Shown: positions 25,741-39,100 of the stretch, piece after piece
Numbering within the stretch: the first letter of the stretch is position 1
Layout of the letters: the number at the start of each line of letters is the position of its first letter
Origin: Laetmonice hystrix
Taxonomy: Eukaryota
Assembly (NCBI GenBank): GCA_965235115.1
Contig: OZ249437.1
Coordinates: 49,104,001 to 49,168,000 of the forward strand
Length of the DNA: 64,000 nt
Direction of reading: 5' to 3'
Position numbers and translations under genes: made by a program
Notes under the pieces: generated by a model
The model's input: the letters and a program-made list of their open reading frames with translations, nothing else
Database searches by the model: none
What the model was told of the DNA's origin: nothing

Positions 25741-28700
25741 ATGGAAGCCGAGGCGTTGCTCGGTCCCCAGGTGTGACACCTGTGTACTGGATGCCCAGAT
25801 CTGGACTGGGACGACCAGCGCAGGAGACGGTCCTCTTGGAACCCTCCAGTAGTAGGGCGCCAGGTGTGTCGTGTCGCAGTGACACCCACATGGGGTGGGG
25901 GGTGAGGGTGGAGGCACAACTCACTCCACCCCACTACACATGCCAACAAACACGGCACGTGCTCACCTCCTGGACCCAACTAAACACCCTTTCATTTTAT
26001 CTAGTCAAATGTTACCCTACACTTGTCATGTAAATCACGACTGACAAGAAATTCCCCCACTAATGCTACTTGCGGAAGGATAAGGTACAAGATTTCTTGT
26101 AAGACTGTTAAAGCATATGAAACAAGTAACCTGAGCTTTAGACATTGCATATGTTTTACTTTTCAGTGTTATCAAAATCTGGTTAAAAAAAGAGTAGGGG
26201 CTGTTGTTGTACGTATGTTTTCGCTATGAATAAAATATGAGCGTCCATTATAGAAATGCCCAATCGTGCGCTATATACGATATGTCTCTTCTTTTTGAAC
26301 GCTTTCTATATCTAATTCTGCTATGTGCTGCTCAGATTGCTGTAGTTCCGCAATCTATAGGGACTAGCTTAACTCCGCAGGAACCACAACTTTTAAAGCA
26401 TTAGCGTTCCCACACTATTTAAAAAACCTGTTTTACTGTTTTACTGCAGCATAATAAAATGTCAACTGACGGAATGCATATCTTCCTGGAGTTTTTCTCC
26501 ATTCTTGAATGTTTGGTCATTAAAACGTAATCTTGTGGGAATGCAATTGGATATACCGTAAATAGGAGAAGGCTGATGCCACGGCAGTTCAAAGCTTAAT
26601 CTGGCATGACAGCCTGTCCAACAAGTGAGCCTGGCAGAGTGACGAGGAGGAGTGGGGGGATTACAGGTAACTAGTTGTGGGGGAGGGATGGGAGGCGCTC
26701 ACCTGTGGGGTGGTGGACAGGTGCTGGGACCAGGTTAGGACAAGGCGGGGTGGGCTCTTCGTGATCCCCACTAAACAAGGCTCCTACCAACAGCAATGTA
26801 ACAACAACCGTCGACATTGATCTGAGGAATTATCACCAACAAACCACCCGGGCGTGTCTCTACCACCGTGTTCTTCCGTAATCAACTGACTGAAACAACA
26901 CAGTAAATCACACACACAGACAGGGGTACATTATGTGTCTGTACCTATTTACCGTTTGGCCAAGTCAAGGTAACTGAGTTCTGGTTTTGGGCCCTAAGCA
27001 CAAGCAGCAGGACCTCAGCTATAACATTCGCTGCCGTGGTCCGGTGTCCCTCCAGGTGGCGGTACCCACATAATGTGGTACCGAGGCTACTGCACTGACA
27101 GCGTACTGCTATAGCTATAGCTGACCAGGCTGCCCACACTCCTGGAATGCCTTGCATGGATGATGACAGCCCAATACTTTCTGTGTCGGCATCTGTGAAT
27201 GTCATCAGTGACGAGCTCCAATAGGAAACTCTCTCACAGACTTTGGTTAGAAACCACACACCATGCAATGCTTATTACACTGATCCAATCCATGCTCACT
27301 CACGGCCAAACTCACTGGTCAAAGTCTGGCGAATAACACAAGGAATGAAATAAATGCTTTTTATTTCTATACCATTCGGATTCAAAGTAAAGACGATATT
27401 TAAGAATTGCGTGCACAGATTTCCTCCTGAGCAAGCCCCTCACCCGGGCAGGCTGGATGGACAGTGTTAAACTCTGTATTGACTCACGCTGCCTTTGTGT
27501 TGATGGCGGGGCAGCCCGGGTTAGGATCTGGTAAACGTCACACCTTGGTCAGGTATTCTGTCAGTCGACTGTTAATTATTGGCAGCTCAGAGCGCTCGGG
27601 GTGAAGAGTGGGGAGGGCAGGAGGTGACAGTATCCAGGGCAGACCCCCCAGGCCCCCAGGGTCTCTGGTACCCCATCAGTGTCCAGCTGTTGATCTCTCC
27701 ATGCCCCAACCAGTCGGTAGACCACGGCCTCGATCATAATTAATAACAACATATCGTCAGGCATCGTCGCCTGTCAGATCAGACACTGTCAAGATCAACC
27801 GTCTGACGAGCACCAGCAATCGGGCAAATGGACACAAAGAAAATTTATGGCAACTCGGGGTCTACTATTTACTGCCTGGATGTAACCATCATGGGTCAAG
27901 CACATTTTACACCCATGGATTATATAAGCTGTTTGATAATAGCCAGATGATCGACAGCACGAGTCTCATGAAACGCGAGCCTACTGCCACCTTATTTGTC
28001 ATACTGCCCTCGACCCAGCTTCATATAGACAAACACTTTGGTTCCGTCGACACTAATGGGCTGAGACTGGGCAATGTGTTCAGAGAAGGCATCACCAGAT
28101 CTGACTGAATGAAGGGTGTGCTACTACAGACTAACCCACCAAATATTGATACTGTCCTAACTATGCTGGTCGTGCCCACGGCGCCGGCCAGTGGCTCTGA
28201 AAACACACAGAGCCACCTGGTGAATTACGGTCAAACTAACCGATGCCGCGACGCTCGGAGGGTGAGGTGAGCTTGTTAGATCCGATTTGGATAAACTTAG
28301 TCAAAGATTTGAGGTTCTTGCGCCTAGCATTTGGAAAGGATTTCCAATTCCAAATTAAAAATGCAAAACAGGCCCTGCACGTTAAACACCTTTTGTCACT
28401 AATCGGAATGAGTTGGGGCTAGAAGATCGTTTATAGATATACGGTTGTCCTGGTTGTCCTGGTATCAACCAGCTCCTCAGGATCATCATTCCCAAATGGT
28501 CTGAAGAAGCTGAACTAAAAATGTTCTCAGACTCCCGGTGCTAGACAAACCGGACACGCTCCGTCCTGCGGGCCTCACACTCGTCCGTACCCCCTCACGG
28601 CCTGCCTGGGTCAACGTGAGCCGACACGGGGAGATTTCCCCTCACCGACAGGGGCGACAAGAGAGCCTAATAACCCAGCCGACCCCGAACTCACGCTCTC

Positions 28701-29113
28701 CCCGCCATAACCACCGCTGGCTCGGCCAATCGTACCCCAATCTGAGATAAGATAAAGGACTTGCCAATCTCCAACACTCAGCATGGGCCCAACCATCAGC
28801 TCTCCAACTCGGCTCTGACTAATATCAGACCAGATGGGAAACCCGCCAACCTGTCGGCCAGTCTCTTTCCTTTTCTCATTATTCCCGTTGTCTACCTATC
28901 TTAGACACCATTTCCTACAACTGCCCACAGCATGAGCCACAACTCGGCAGCATCCCGCCTACTACCAAATAGTTCCCACTTCGATAAGTCAGGTAGGCAC
29001 TAGGCAGTCGTGTTTAACTGAGGTAACCTTGACTTCCTACGTGTTTGGCTGGTCTACCATTGTCTGGACAACAGATTGGTGTCTTCACTTTCATAAAGTG
29101 AGCGAACAGCAAA

Positions 29114-29555
29114 NNNNNNNNNNNNNNNNNNNNNNNNNNNNNNNNNNNNNNNNNNNNNNNNNNNNNNNNNNNNNNNNNNNNNNNNNNNNNNNNNNNNNNN
29201 NNNNNNNNNNNNNNNNNNNNNNNNNNNNNNNNNNNNNNNNNNNNNNNNNNNNNNNNNNNNNNNNNNNNNNNNNNNNNNNNNNNNNNNNNNNNNNNNNNNN
29301 NNNNNNNNNNNNNNNNNNNNNNNNNNNNNNNNNNNNNNNNNNNNNNNNNNNNNNNNNNNNNNNNNNNNNNNNNNNNNNNNNNNNNNNNNNNNNNNNNNNN
29401 NNNNNNNNNNNNNNNNNNNNNNNNNNNNNNNNNNNNNNNNNNNNNNNNNNNNNNNNNNNNNNNNNNNNNNNNNNNNNNNNNNNNNNNNNNNNNNNNNNNN
29501 NNNNNNNNNNNNNNNNNNNNNNNNNNNNNNNNNNNNNNNNNNNNNNNNNNNNNNN
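29114..29555. other. Assembly gap (442 N)
   Basis: Run of N. Confidence 1.
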
Positions 29556-32500
29556 TTGAGTTTATCTTGTCTGAGCACAAATTTTTCTTTAATGTCATTT
29601 CCCCTCTTTAACCGTGGCAGTACATGGTTTCAAACTTATTAGGACACAACAAGATGAGTACATATTGCACGGCTGTGCAGCAGTTGACCGAACGACTCTG
29701 AGCTTACCCAAAACTAATCAGAGTAGCCGGATATCAGACCGACTTCAAGGACTGTCGTTAGAGTACAGAAAATATAGTCATTAGAATTGAGCCTGCTCAC
29801 TGGAATACACAGTGACACGTCGGGTGTGTGTATCCTGAGGGCAAGGAGTTCTGGTCGGTGGAGTGTGAAGCTCCTGGTCAGCTCCTGGCCCCTGCTGCCC
29901 CAGGCTAAGTGAGGCTATCAGACGTGCTCTAGGTTATCACTAGTCGTGAGATATCGCCATCTTGACACTCTCAGTCTGAGCCCACCCAGTCTCATACAGG
30001 GCAACATAGTATTTCCAAATAACCCTCTCTCATCGGACATTCAGCCCCTTTCCCCTTCAATACTTATCACTACAGTCAAGGGTGTATTTTGTACAAGATA
30101 CAGGTATTCTTTTCTTTAAAACTGTTTACAGGATTGCCTACTTGTTCCTTGTGAAACTCAGCACATAAGGCTATGGGTGCCAGAATTTATTTTCAATGTG
30201 AAATTCCTTTGTTTCAAGGTAACTCGAAAACAAGTTCCCAACAGTCTGGGAGGAAAGGTCAATCTCATCAAAACTGCCAACTACAATGTGGAGCGGGTCT
30301 TCCCAAGGTCAGTTTGAACCAATCCCACTCTAGGAGTAGGATCTGGCCGTCTGGTAGGACCAACTACAGGACCGTCACCACACTAACAGCTGGTTCTCGT
30401 CAGCGTCCGTCACTGACCTCGACTCCTTACTGTCTCCCCTGACTCTCACCCTGCCTTCACTTTGTCATCTCATACTGGACAACACAGATATCTGGTCGTC
30501 ATGGCAACACCTCACACCACCACCCTACCCCATCCCAGGGTGCATCTCTCCCAGGCTCCTACATAAGCTCTTATAAATTTATTGTACATTAACCCAGATA
30601 CTAGGCGGGCACGTAAAATTAAGCCTATCTCTTCCCTTTTTTTCCTGCGGTCTGGGCGGGGCAGTTCAAATCTTCAGGATTCCCTGAAGCTTACGCATAT
30701 CCCCCCCTTCTGCCTACCCCCCCCCCCCCCCCGACATGCTACCGTTCATCCCACCAACGAGTATACTCGCTGATCCAACGTAAATCTAGTTCCAGCCTGG
30801 TCGTTATATTTGGCCACAATGTGTCGGTGATAGGGATAGGATCATACTGCCAGCATTGAAACCTTCACACCCCCTGCTGGCGGGCAGGGTTCACCCCGAT
30901 ATCTTCCTCGTCTCATCGTTGGCCTCTGTCTCAGAGAATGACGTTAACCATCACCCCCGTCAACGTACACACCGTCGTAAAAACAAACCCCTCTACTTCC
31001 GGTATTTAAAAACCAACCTTTAGCTGGGGGCTCCCTTCAATAACGGCACGGTAAACAGAAGGCTAGTGCTGGCTCCACGCAGACCCGTGGTTTAATGTGA
31101 CCAGACCACAAGGATCTCTTTAATCTGGAGCCTAAATCAGGGGAGGGTCCACAGTGAGCTGTAGTTATTGGTGTGTGTAGGGTCCCACAACACTGGCCAA
31201 CCCCACCCAGTACCTCTCCCGGCGGCCAGCTAGAATTTCTCAGCCAGTTTATGTTAGCACGACTCGGTCGTAGATTTCCAAACTCCCACGTTGTCTGATG
31301 TCGGAGGGCTATGTATCTGGCTCCCGTTGTGACTCCCCCCACTTCAGGTCACAGGAGGCCGAACTGAGCCCCCCCCCCCCCGACACCATCCCCAAGTGGG
31401 GGCCCTCCCTGGCCACGGCCTTGGAGAGTCGCAGCGTCTTTATAACACCCCCGCCAGGTCAGAGACCTCCCAGCGCCAAGCGGCCTTTCTACAGGCGGAA
31501 AACCCGTCGGGTTTTACATGCAAACCAAAGGGTGTCACATACATGACATTCTTTGGTGCGTGTTTTGTAATTCCTACAGAAGTAAAGGACGTAAAGCCAG
31601 CGTACTTGATCTTTTCTCCACCCCCCCCCCCTCCCCCAACCACTTACCAATCGCCTGGTGCGGCCCTTCTGGGAACCGTTCCCATTCCCATTCTGGTTTT
31701 GCCACCAAGTGGAGACGAATTAATAGTACGAGGCGACTTTTTTAAAGGGTATGACGTATGTAATACTGCACAGTCTTATAGACTTCTTTCCGCGCGTCAA
31801 TCGTGTTGATATATCATGACACTCAGTTTAGGAACCGTTTTTTAATCAAGAGTAAAACAGGCGTGAACTTGCTGGGCGCGGGGGCTCCACTGATTGTGGT
31901 GGAACATTTCATTATAACTGATGACGCCTTGCCGGGCTCCACTGCAGTCGTCTGCCCCATCCAATGAGCACAGCCGTCAGCTCAAACAGGACAATGACGA
32001 ACGCTCCCCAAGCACAGACACCCCGAGCGATAAGGTCCCCTAATGAATTACCAGTTATGGAGTTCATCAGCCTCCTCTCCCGTCCAATTAAAACAGGGCC
32101 AGAGTTGAGAAGGTTGAGTGCTCACTCACCGGCTTGCCACCGCCATCACCCTAGCCTTTAACGGCACCATCCCATTACGTATTCATCATCACCTTCATTC
32201 ATGAAAATCAAACAGCGCTCACACAGGGGAAAAATCTCTAAGGAAACACCATGTAATCACTAGACGATTTCTTCCTTTAACTGTTCAGTATTTATTGAAG
32301 GTGCCTGCTTTCAGAGGTGAAGACAGAGTACAGACTTTCGTTTGGTGTCAATGTTGGCCACCAACACAAGTGCCAATTTGTTGCCAACAAGCGTGGCCCA
32401 CAAACAAACCGAGCAACTTAAAGCAGATCCCCAGACTCTTACAGTCGGCGGTGTGAAGCAGATGGGACCACTTCCAGCCAGGTCTGTCTATAGAACACTG

Positions 32501-33456
32501 GTCGGGCCTGCACCCTGTCTCAGGCCTGGCTCTCTGTCTCAGGCCAGGCTCTCGACTGCTTGTTGAACACCCACAGCCTGGATTCAACGCGACCACGTTG
32601 TTGTGACGAGGTAGTGCCGAGCAGCACTCCCTCGACATGGAAACACATGTAGCACTAGCACGACAAGATGTTTCTGTACAAACTATGGCATTGAATTAAC
32701 ATATTCTGAATATACGCAGTCTTCAGTGAGCAACATCAACTATGCTGATAGACTTTTGTTTGATGGTTACGTTATAACGATATCGTCAACTTGTATCGAA
32801 TTAATAACAATTTCATCAAATACGTTAACGAATAACGACATAGATGATAACGAGGAGTTTAGTAAGAATGAGCCCCTCTCTAACCGCCTTTTCTGAACTC
32901 AATTTTCAACGCATCCAATACAACAAAAGCTCCATCTTTAAATGGTATTTGTCGTCGAAGGGAGACAAAGAGATGACCCAGTTTGATGTTTGCTACCTGC
33001 ATCACCCCACTTAGTATTAGTATAGGTGATGATGGTGGATGCTGGTCGCTAAACCATAAACAGTTTCTTCTAGCACAAATTGGTTACGGCTACATCTATC
33101 CGACCTGGAATCTATCAGGATCATGAGTAAAGATAGATTCATTAGGAATTAAATCCTGCTAGATTAGCTGTGTAAGAATCCTTCATTCTCCAGGCACAGG
33201 TGTACACAATACTAATGATTACCTCGAATCATTTCGGGTGGTCAGTTTGAACTGATGACACGTGGCCACACTCACGTGGTCACACCAGTTTCCTGCCCAC
33301 GTGGTTGGTAAGGTTTCGGGTCACATATTCTAAGAGTTTTAGGAAAGTTCAGCCCTTTATAACGTTCAGACTTTTATTAATACAACTTTGACATAAACTA
33401 TACAAATAATGACCCTTTCTTATTATTATCACAGGAATTAAACAGGGCCAGAAAAG

Positions 33457-33707
33457 TTATGAAATTACATGTTCCTACAACGCCCTATTGTATGTTCTAC
33501 AACCGACAACCTCCTCGATTATTTCAGTGAACTCCATAAAAACTTTTTTATGTCCTGGCCCTTGGAACATATATTTTTTTTATGAAATTACATGTCTCTA
33601 CCACTTTCAATAACGCCCTATTGTATCACCTACGAATGTGACAACCTCCCGATTATTTCAGAACTCTCTAAAAAAAACTGTTTATGTCCTGGCCCTTGGA
33701 ACATACA
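33457..33707. repeat. Diverged tandem duplication, about 125-bp unit x2
   Basis: ttatgaaattacatg...acgccctattgtat...gacaacct...gattatttcag...ttatgtcctggcccttggaacata occurs at 33457 and 33580. Confidence 0.85.
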
Positions 33708-36117
33708 TGAAACACTTTAAATAGGTTGTAAAGCACCATTCAGTTTGAGACGTTGACAGATGAACTGGAATAGGACTGGTTTAAAGTCGGGGGCGGGCGG
33801 ACCCCCTTCTCCCCCAGCCTCCAGCATGGCTGGACTGGAGGCCGGGAGTGTGGCACCGTAGTCGGGTGGTGTGGAGGGGGGGAGTGGTGGGTACACGTGA
33901 CCCAGTGACCGCCAACACCGACCGACGACCAACCCGTCTGTGGAGGGCAGCACAAGCCATCATACCCCGGCTCTGTACGGGAGGGAGCTGCCGGGCCAGG
34001 CAGGCACTTTTTCTACACGTTGGCGTTCTACTTCTACTCGTGACCACTACCACTTTGTCTCTGTAAGGACGCTGAGAAATAAACGGTTTCCAACCTGAAA
34101 TCCCTGCGGTCTGCAGTAGTAGAACATCTTACTGAAGTTTCCACCTTGGGCTTCGAACCCTCACTCCTCCACAATACTGCTCCTATTGCAGGTGGCTTTA
34201 TGTCCAGGTCCTCAGGTAGTCCGTGTTTGATCTGTTCAGTTTCCGCATCACTAGCCTGTACACATCAACATCTCAAGTCACTATGCGATACTCCCCATGA
34301 GTCACCGCTGCATGTATCCAAATATCCTTTGAGATACTCCTCCTGAGTCAGTGTTGCACGTATAAAGGATTCCTATGAGACACAAGGTCCTATAAGTAAC
34401 TCCTCAATGACGCCTGGTAATGTGTCGCCATACTGAGACTGCAGCCATTGCTGTGAGGTGGACAGAGGATGTTTGAGAGTGGGCTGTCGGTTGGAGTTGT
34501 GTGGACTTGGATCACCGCCTCCCGCTGGGGGCTCCATGCGAACAGCGAGTACTCGGGGTGCGGACCTCAGAGCACAGCGAGCCACTGCCCTCACCATCAG
34601 TGACCCAAATTGCCCAAAGTTTACCACAGAGCACACAGGACAGGGAAGTCCTCCAGCCCTGGTGCCCTGTGAGGATGGCCTGAGAGGGCGGCCCGAGGGG
34701 TGCTGGGCATGCTGGGCTGTTTATTGTTGAGGCCAGCACAAGCAGGCCACTTGGATGCTGATGTGGGTGGATACCAAAACATCCCCACGCCAACTTTCTG
34801 GTGCAGTATAGACCTCGATATGCATAACAGTGTGATCTGACCAAGTCACAAGTGACAAGTTTTACTTCCTAGTGCGCCAGTTTACTATGAGAACACTGCG
34901 AAGGAGAAGCAGTGGCGCGGAAGAATATAGGATAGGCCTACCGGAGCTACACTCAGAAAATTAGAATTATAAATGATTATTTTTATTTTTAAAGTGACTG
35001 GTCTGGAGGAAGCGTTGGAGAAAATTGACTACTTTGTGATTACTTTTGTTGTACCCATATTGTGCTCTTAATAAGGTACGAGGCTGAGGATTAAAAAAAC
35101 TCGTTGGTTGAACTAACTGAAAGGATCCGTTCGAAGGCAACAGACTTTTGCGTTGGTGGTTTCCCTCCTATCACACCGCTGCCTAATTAACCCCCTTTCT
35201 TAATGACACATCTGCAGCGTCTTTTTGGGTCGGGCCGTAACTATAGCAACTTGTTGTGTTGCCTGTGATGCGGTGTTTTGAGGTACCTTATAATGAGCCC
35301 CTATGGGAATTCTCCGGGAAGTCCCATTTGGCCTGAACATGACAGTTAATATGCTGGCCTCTACCTCCTTTCCCCTCCGTGGTCTCTTCGTTCTCATCAA
35401 CGTGTGTCCCGTGTACAGAGCTTACCGGTGGATGGCGAGTATCCCGCCCACCCAAACATTGTCTCTCTCTCTCAGTGGTAATTAACAACAGTCTACTGAC
35501 ATCATTAGCTTGATTTATGCCTCCCTTTAATTGCCACAACTGACTCTGAAAATGGCGGCGATATTATCAAAGTCGGGTGCCGTTAATCTCAATCACCGTG
35601 GCCCTGATCAGGAGACAGACCTCCAAATTACACCAGACTTCGGCCTCACACACACCATTCATCACATTTTCTACACTTTCACCGCCAAAACTTTAGTTCG
35701 AAAAGCGAAAGTGTAACTTTTGGTTCCACAGCTCTTGAGATTTCCTTTCAATAACTTGGTTGATTCAATCAAACTGTCATTACTGCACACATAATTTATC
35801 AAACTTTAAACACTTTGTCAATACTTAACAAATATTATATGCGCGTAAACCTTTTAAAGCCCTCGAGACAAAGGCCATTATCTAAGAATATCGTTGGACC
35901 CTCAACTAAAGCGTTCTGGTTTTGGATTATGCTACCACGGGATCGTTTTTCGTTTGTACCCAGACTTCCTGCTGTGCTCTTGATGAGAAAAAGAGACGAC
36001 ACACTGTGGAAAGCCTTTGTTTTTTCGTAACGTCAACCAAACGTTCATTTTCTCCCGAACGGCACTTCAGGCTGGCCTCATTACCGGGCCTGAATTGGTC
36101 GAGTCAGTTTTGGAGTA

Positions 36118-36162
36118 GGGTGGGGGTGGGGGGTGGGGGTGGGGGTGGGGTGGTGTGGGGGG
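36118..36162 (+). repeat. (GGGGGT)n G-tract, G-quadruplex-forming potential
   Basis: gggtgggggtggggggtgggggtgggggtggggtggtgtgggggg; seven runs of at least 3 G. Confidence 0.75.
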
Positions 36163-39100
36163 TAGAGGTACACGCCTGATGGTAGTGGAGGCATGACACA
36201 TCCAAAGGACTTGTTGCTCGCAGCAGCTGCTCTGTTGACACAGTTCATATTTAACGGTTGACATCATAAATTGGCCGACTGGAGACTCCCACGAGATCAA
36301 TCAATAATGTAGGCAAACTTCACAGGTAAGTCCAATCAATAGGATTGGTTACATGTCTCTACTCGGCAGGCTCTGTACCTGGTCGATCAACCCCCCACCC
36401 CCAATCGTCCAAACCCTGCACAAACCGGGCAAACACCTGGCCTAAACTCAACAACTTGTTGAGTTCATCATGTCTCGTCTGTTGTGCCTTATTTGTAGGG
36501 CGTGTCAGCTGACTCGGCCAAATGTGGACTTGGGCTCATTGACATCAATAAAAATATGACTTAGCGAACACTTAACATAGTCTATATTGTATTCTGTTCC
36601 TTTACTATACTTTAATTGTTGAAATGTATGGCCTCTTACATATAACAAAACGTTAATCCTCGGACGATTATCTTGTCCTGACGATATAACTAAGAGAATA
36701 ATGTCATGCGGGAATCGACCATATTTCTGATCTAGCTCGACTTGTGACAATCATGCCCGGAGAGAAAGCGCGCCGAGCCAGACTGAACCAGTTTCACAAA
36801 GCTCCGATAGGTTTTTCCATCTGGCCGCCCTAACGTACCACAAGCGTGGCACTACATACGGTCACGCTTTTGGTGCATTCGGTATCACTGGAGCGTTTGA
36901 GAGAGTTCCTAAGAAAGTAGTTCCCGAAACCGAAATTTTATAACCCAAATCCACCAATTGTTTTTAATCTATAAGTATGGGTAAGATTTTACTCGTTTCA
37001 TGGTTGGATTTTAGCCAGTTTTGATTTGGAAACTAGGTTTCCAAACGACTTGAGAGACAACATGAAGAACTGGTTAAACCTTTTGTAATGTTTCCCAGAC
37101 TTTATTTCAGAGTACTTTGAAATGTCGTTGATTCCTTGGCCGAGTCAATCCATTTCAATGTTCTTGGTATATAATGAACTTTTCAGACTTCCAACCGTTC
37201 AGTGAAAGGCATCAATGAAGGCAGCACAAAGTGACATTGATAGGATGTAGTACGTGGTGGCACTCCTTCACTGGGTACACTCTACAAACCTTCAAAAATA
37301 TGAATATAATTGCCAAACCGCCCGATCAACTGAGGCATCTAATACGTGTACATGATTTACTGTGATAGGGACCTTCAGAAGGCAAGTAAATCATCATTGT
37401 GTGCCTTCCTTTGGGGGCAATGAATGCCTCGCCCTGTCGGGTGGCCGGTGACAGGCGACTAACAATACATAAGGCAGTTGCCCCCTGCTGTTCCACTGCT
37501 TAGTTTCAGATTAGAAAGGCGATAGTGGCAAAGGTAGCACACACTGGGGGTTCCTAACACCCCATAGTCTAACACGGGAACCTCGGGCCTACCTATAGCG
37601 GTTGCGTGGGTGGCTGACATGCCGGTGCTTTGTTCAGGGAGTTAACAACCTCCCTCCCTCTCTTTCCAACGCATTTGCGGCTGGTTTAGTCACCCCCACC
37701 TACCCCTCACCCCTCTAGATGCCTGCCTATTCTGTGGACACATCACTACTTTCTGCAGCTCCATCTGACCTCATTTCTGCGTTACTCATCCGTAAACAAA
37801 TCAACATCAACTCGGTTATCAAGGCGTACTTATTTCTACACTTCACATACAACTCTTCTGAATTCGACTGATTTCTCCTTGGTGGAGAACTACTTTCGCT
37901 GTTATTTTGTGTGAATTTTATAACTAGTCGACTGCCCCATCCACAACCAGACGACTTGACGGTACTACAACACTACTGCAGTCCGATTGGTAGCTCATCG
38001 CACCGTGGCTGTTATCACAGTCTTGAGAAACCACTGTAGGCCAGTCAAGTTAATACACTTACTGATCCTGGTTACAGTGTTGACTGTTGTACTTGTATAA
38101 AACTGATAACCACTGAAACGGTTGAAACATAGCCGTTTCTCATTGTGAGGGTAATTTTGATGCATGTTCATAGTTATTAGTCTATAATACTATAATAACT
38201 TATTCCTGCCCTTCAACCACCACCACCACCACCACCCATGCCAGTGTGTAGGTACCTACCATATCAGCCACCGATAGTGGCCGTAACTCGGCATACTGGC
38301 TGTTGTCTGGTTCACAGAACCTCATCGCGAGGGTAGATCCGAAATCCAGCTTGGCAGCGGGTCACTGTCCCCTTACTAAACAAAATAACGTCCTTGAGGA
38401 CAGCAGACTTGTGTCCGCGGCACGGGTCAACGTGTGTCCCCCTTGTGGGTCAAGGCACGTGTGCGACTACCGGGACAGCGGGTACTAGCCTTAATATACG
38501 TGCGGCAAGGTGTACACCAATGGGGACAATGGAAGGGAACCGACTTCACGCTTCGTCAGCCTCGGACGCTGCTTTTTGATTCCCCTGGCCTCACCCAGTA
38601 AAACAATGATGCCGAGTGCAAACAATTAAAGGCCTCCTGCACCAGCGGTCGGAGGGGGAGGCCCGGTCGCACGCCGAGTGTGTGTTCCCGTTAACCCGAC
38701 CCGGCCTGAATCAAGTCGGCAGGAAGTCTGCTGTTCAAACACTACGGCCGTCCGAGGTGGGCCTCCTGGCTGTCCGTCCTACGGGTATGTCCCTTCTGAT
38801 GCACCAGTGGATGGGCAGTCGATGACGGGATGGGGATATGATGATATCAATGGGCGCGGGCGCCCCAACTGCCTGTTGCTCTTGTCCGAGTCTGGGCCGG
38901 TTGGGTCGGTGGGTCTGTCAGACAAAGGTGGTTGGAGAACAATGTTTCATGCTCCGTAGACTACCGCGGCGGCGATATCTGGGGGACTCGCTCGCAGTCA
39001 GCCAACTGCGAACTGGAAACATCGCGCACGCTATGGTCCAGTGAGCCCGCTCCAAAGCTCCCTGACCTGTCCACGCACCGCTATTTTAATATCAATGGGC

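Noticed and set aside
26703-26770. Possible 68-nt phase 1 to 0 cassette exon (VGITKSPPRLVLTWSQHLSTTPQ), alternative to the NLS exon
   Set aside because: Splice signals are plausible (ttgtttag|, CAG|gtgagc) but there is no E-protein similarity; such pseudo-exons are common in 27-kb introns.
29014-29598. Long ORFs of 174-194 aa
   Set aside because: They consist of X residues across the N gap.
34140-34175. Minus-strand B-box GGTTCGAAGCC
   Set aside because: No A-box or cloverleaf; at most a SINE relic, not a tRNA gene.
32130-35470. Strong minus-strand donors CCG|gtgagt (32129) and CCG|gtaagc (about 35425)
   Set aside because: Upstream ATGs are out of phase with the VYS exon; they could be non-coding first exons, but sequence alone cannot support that.
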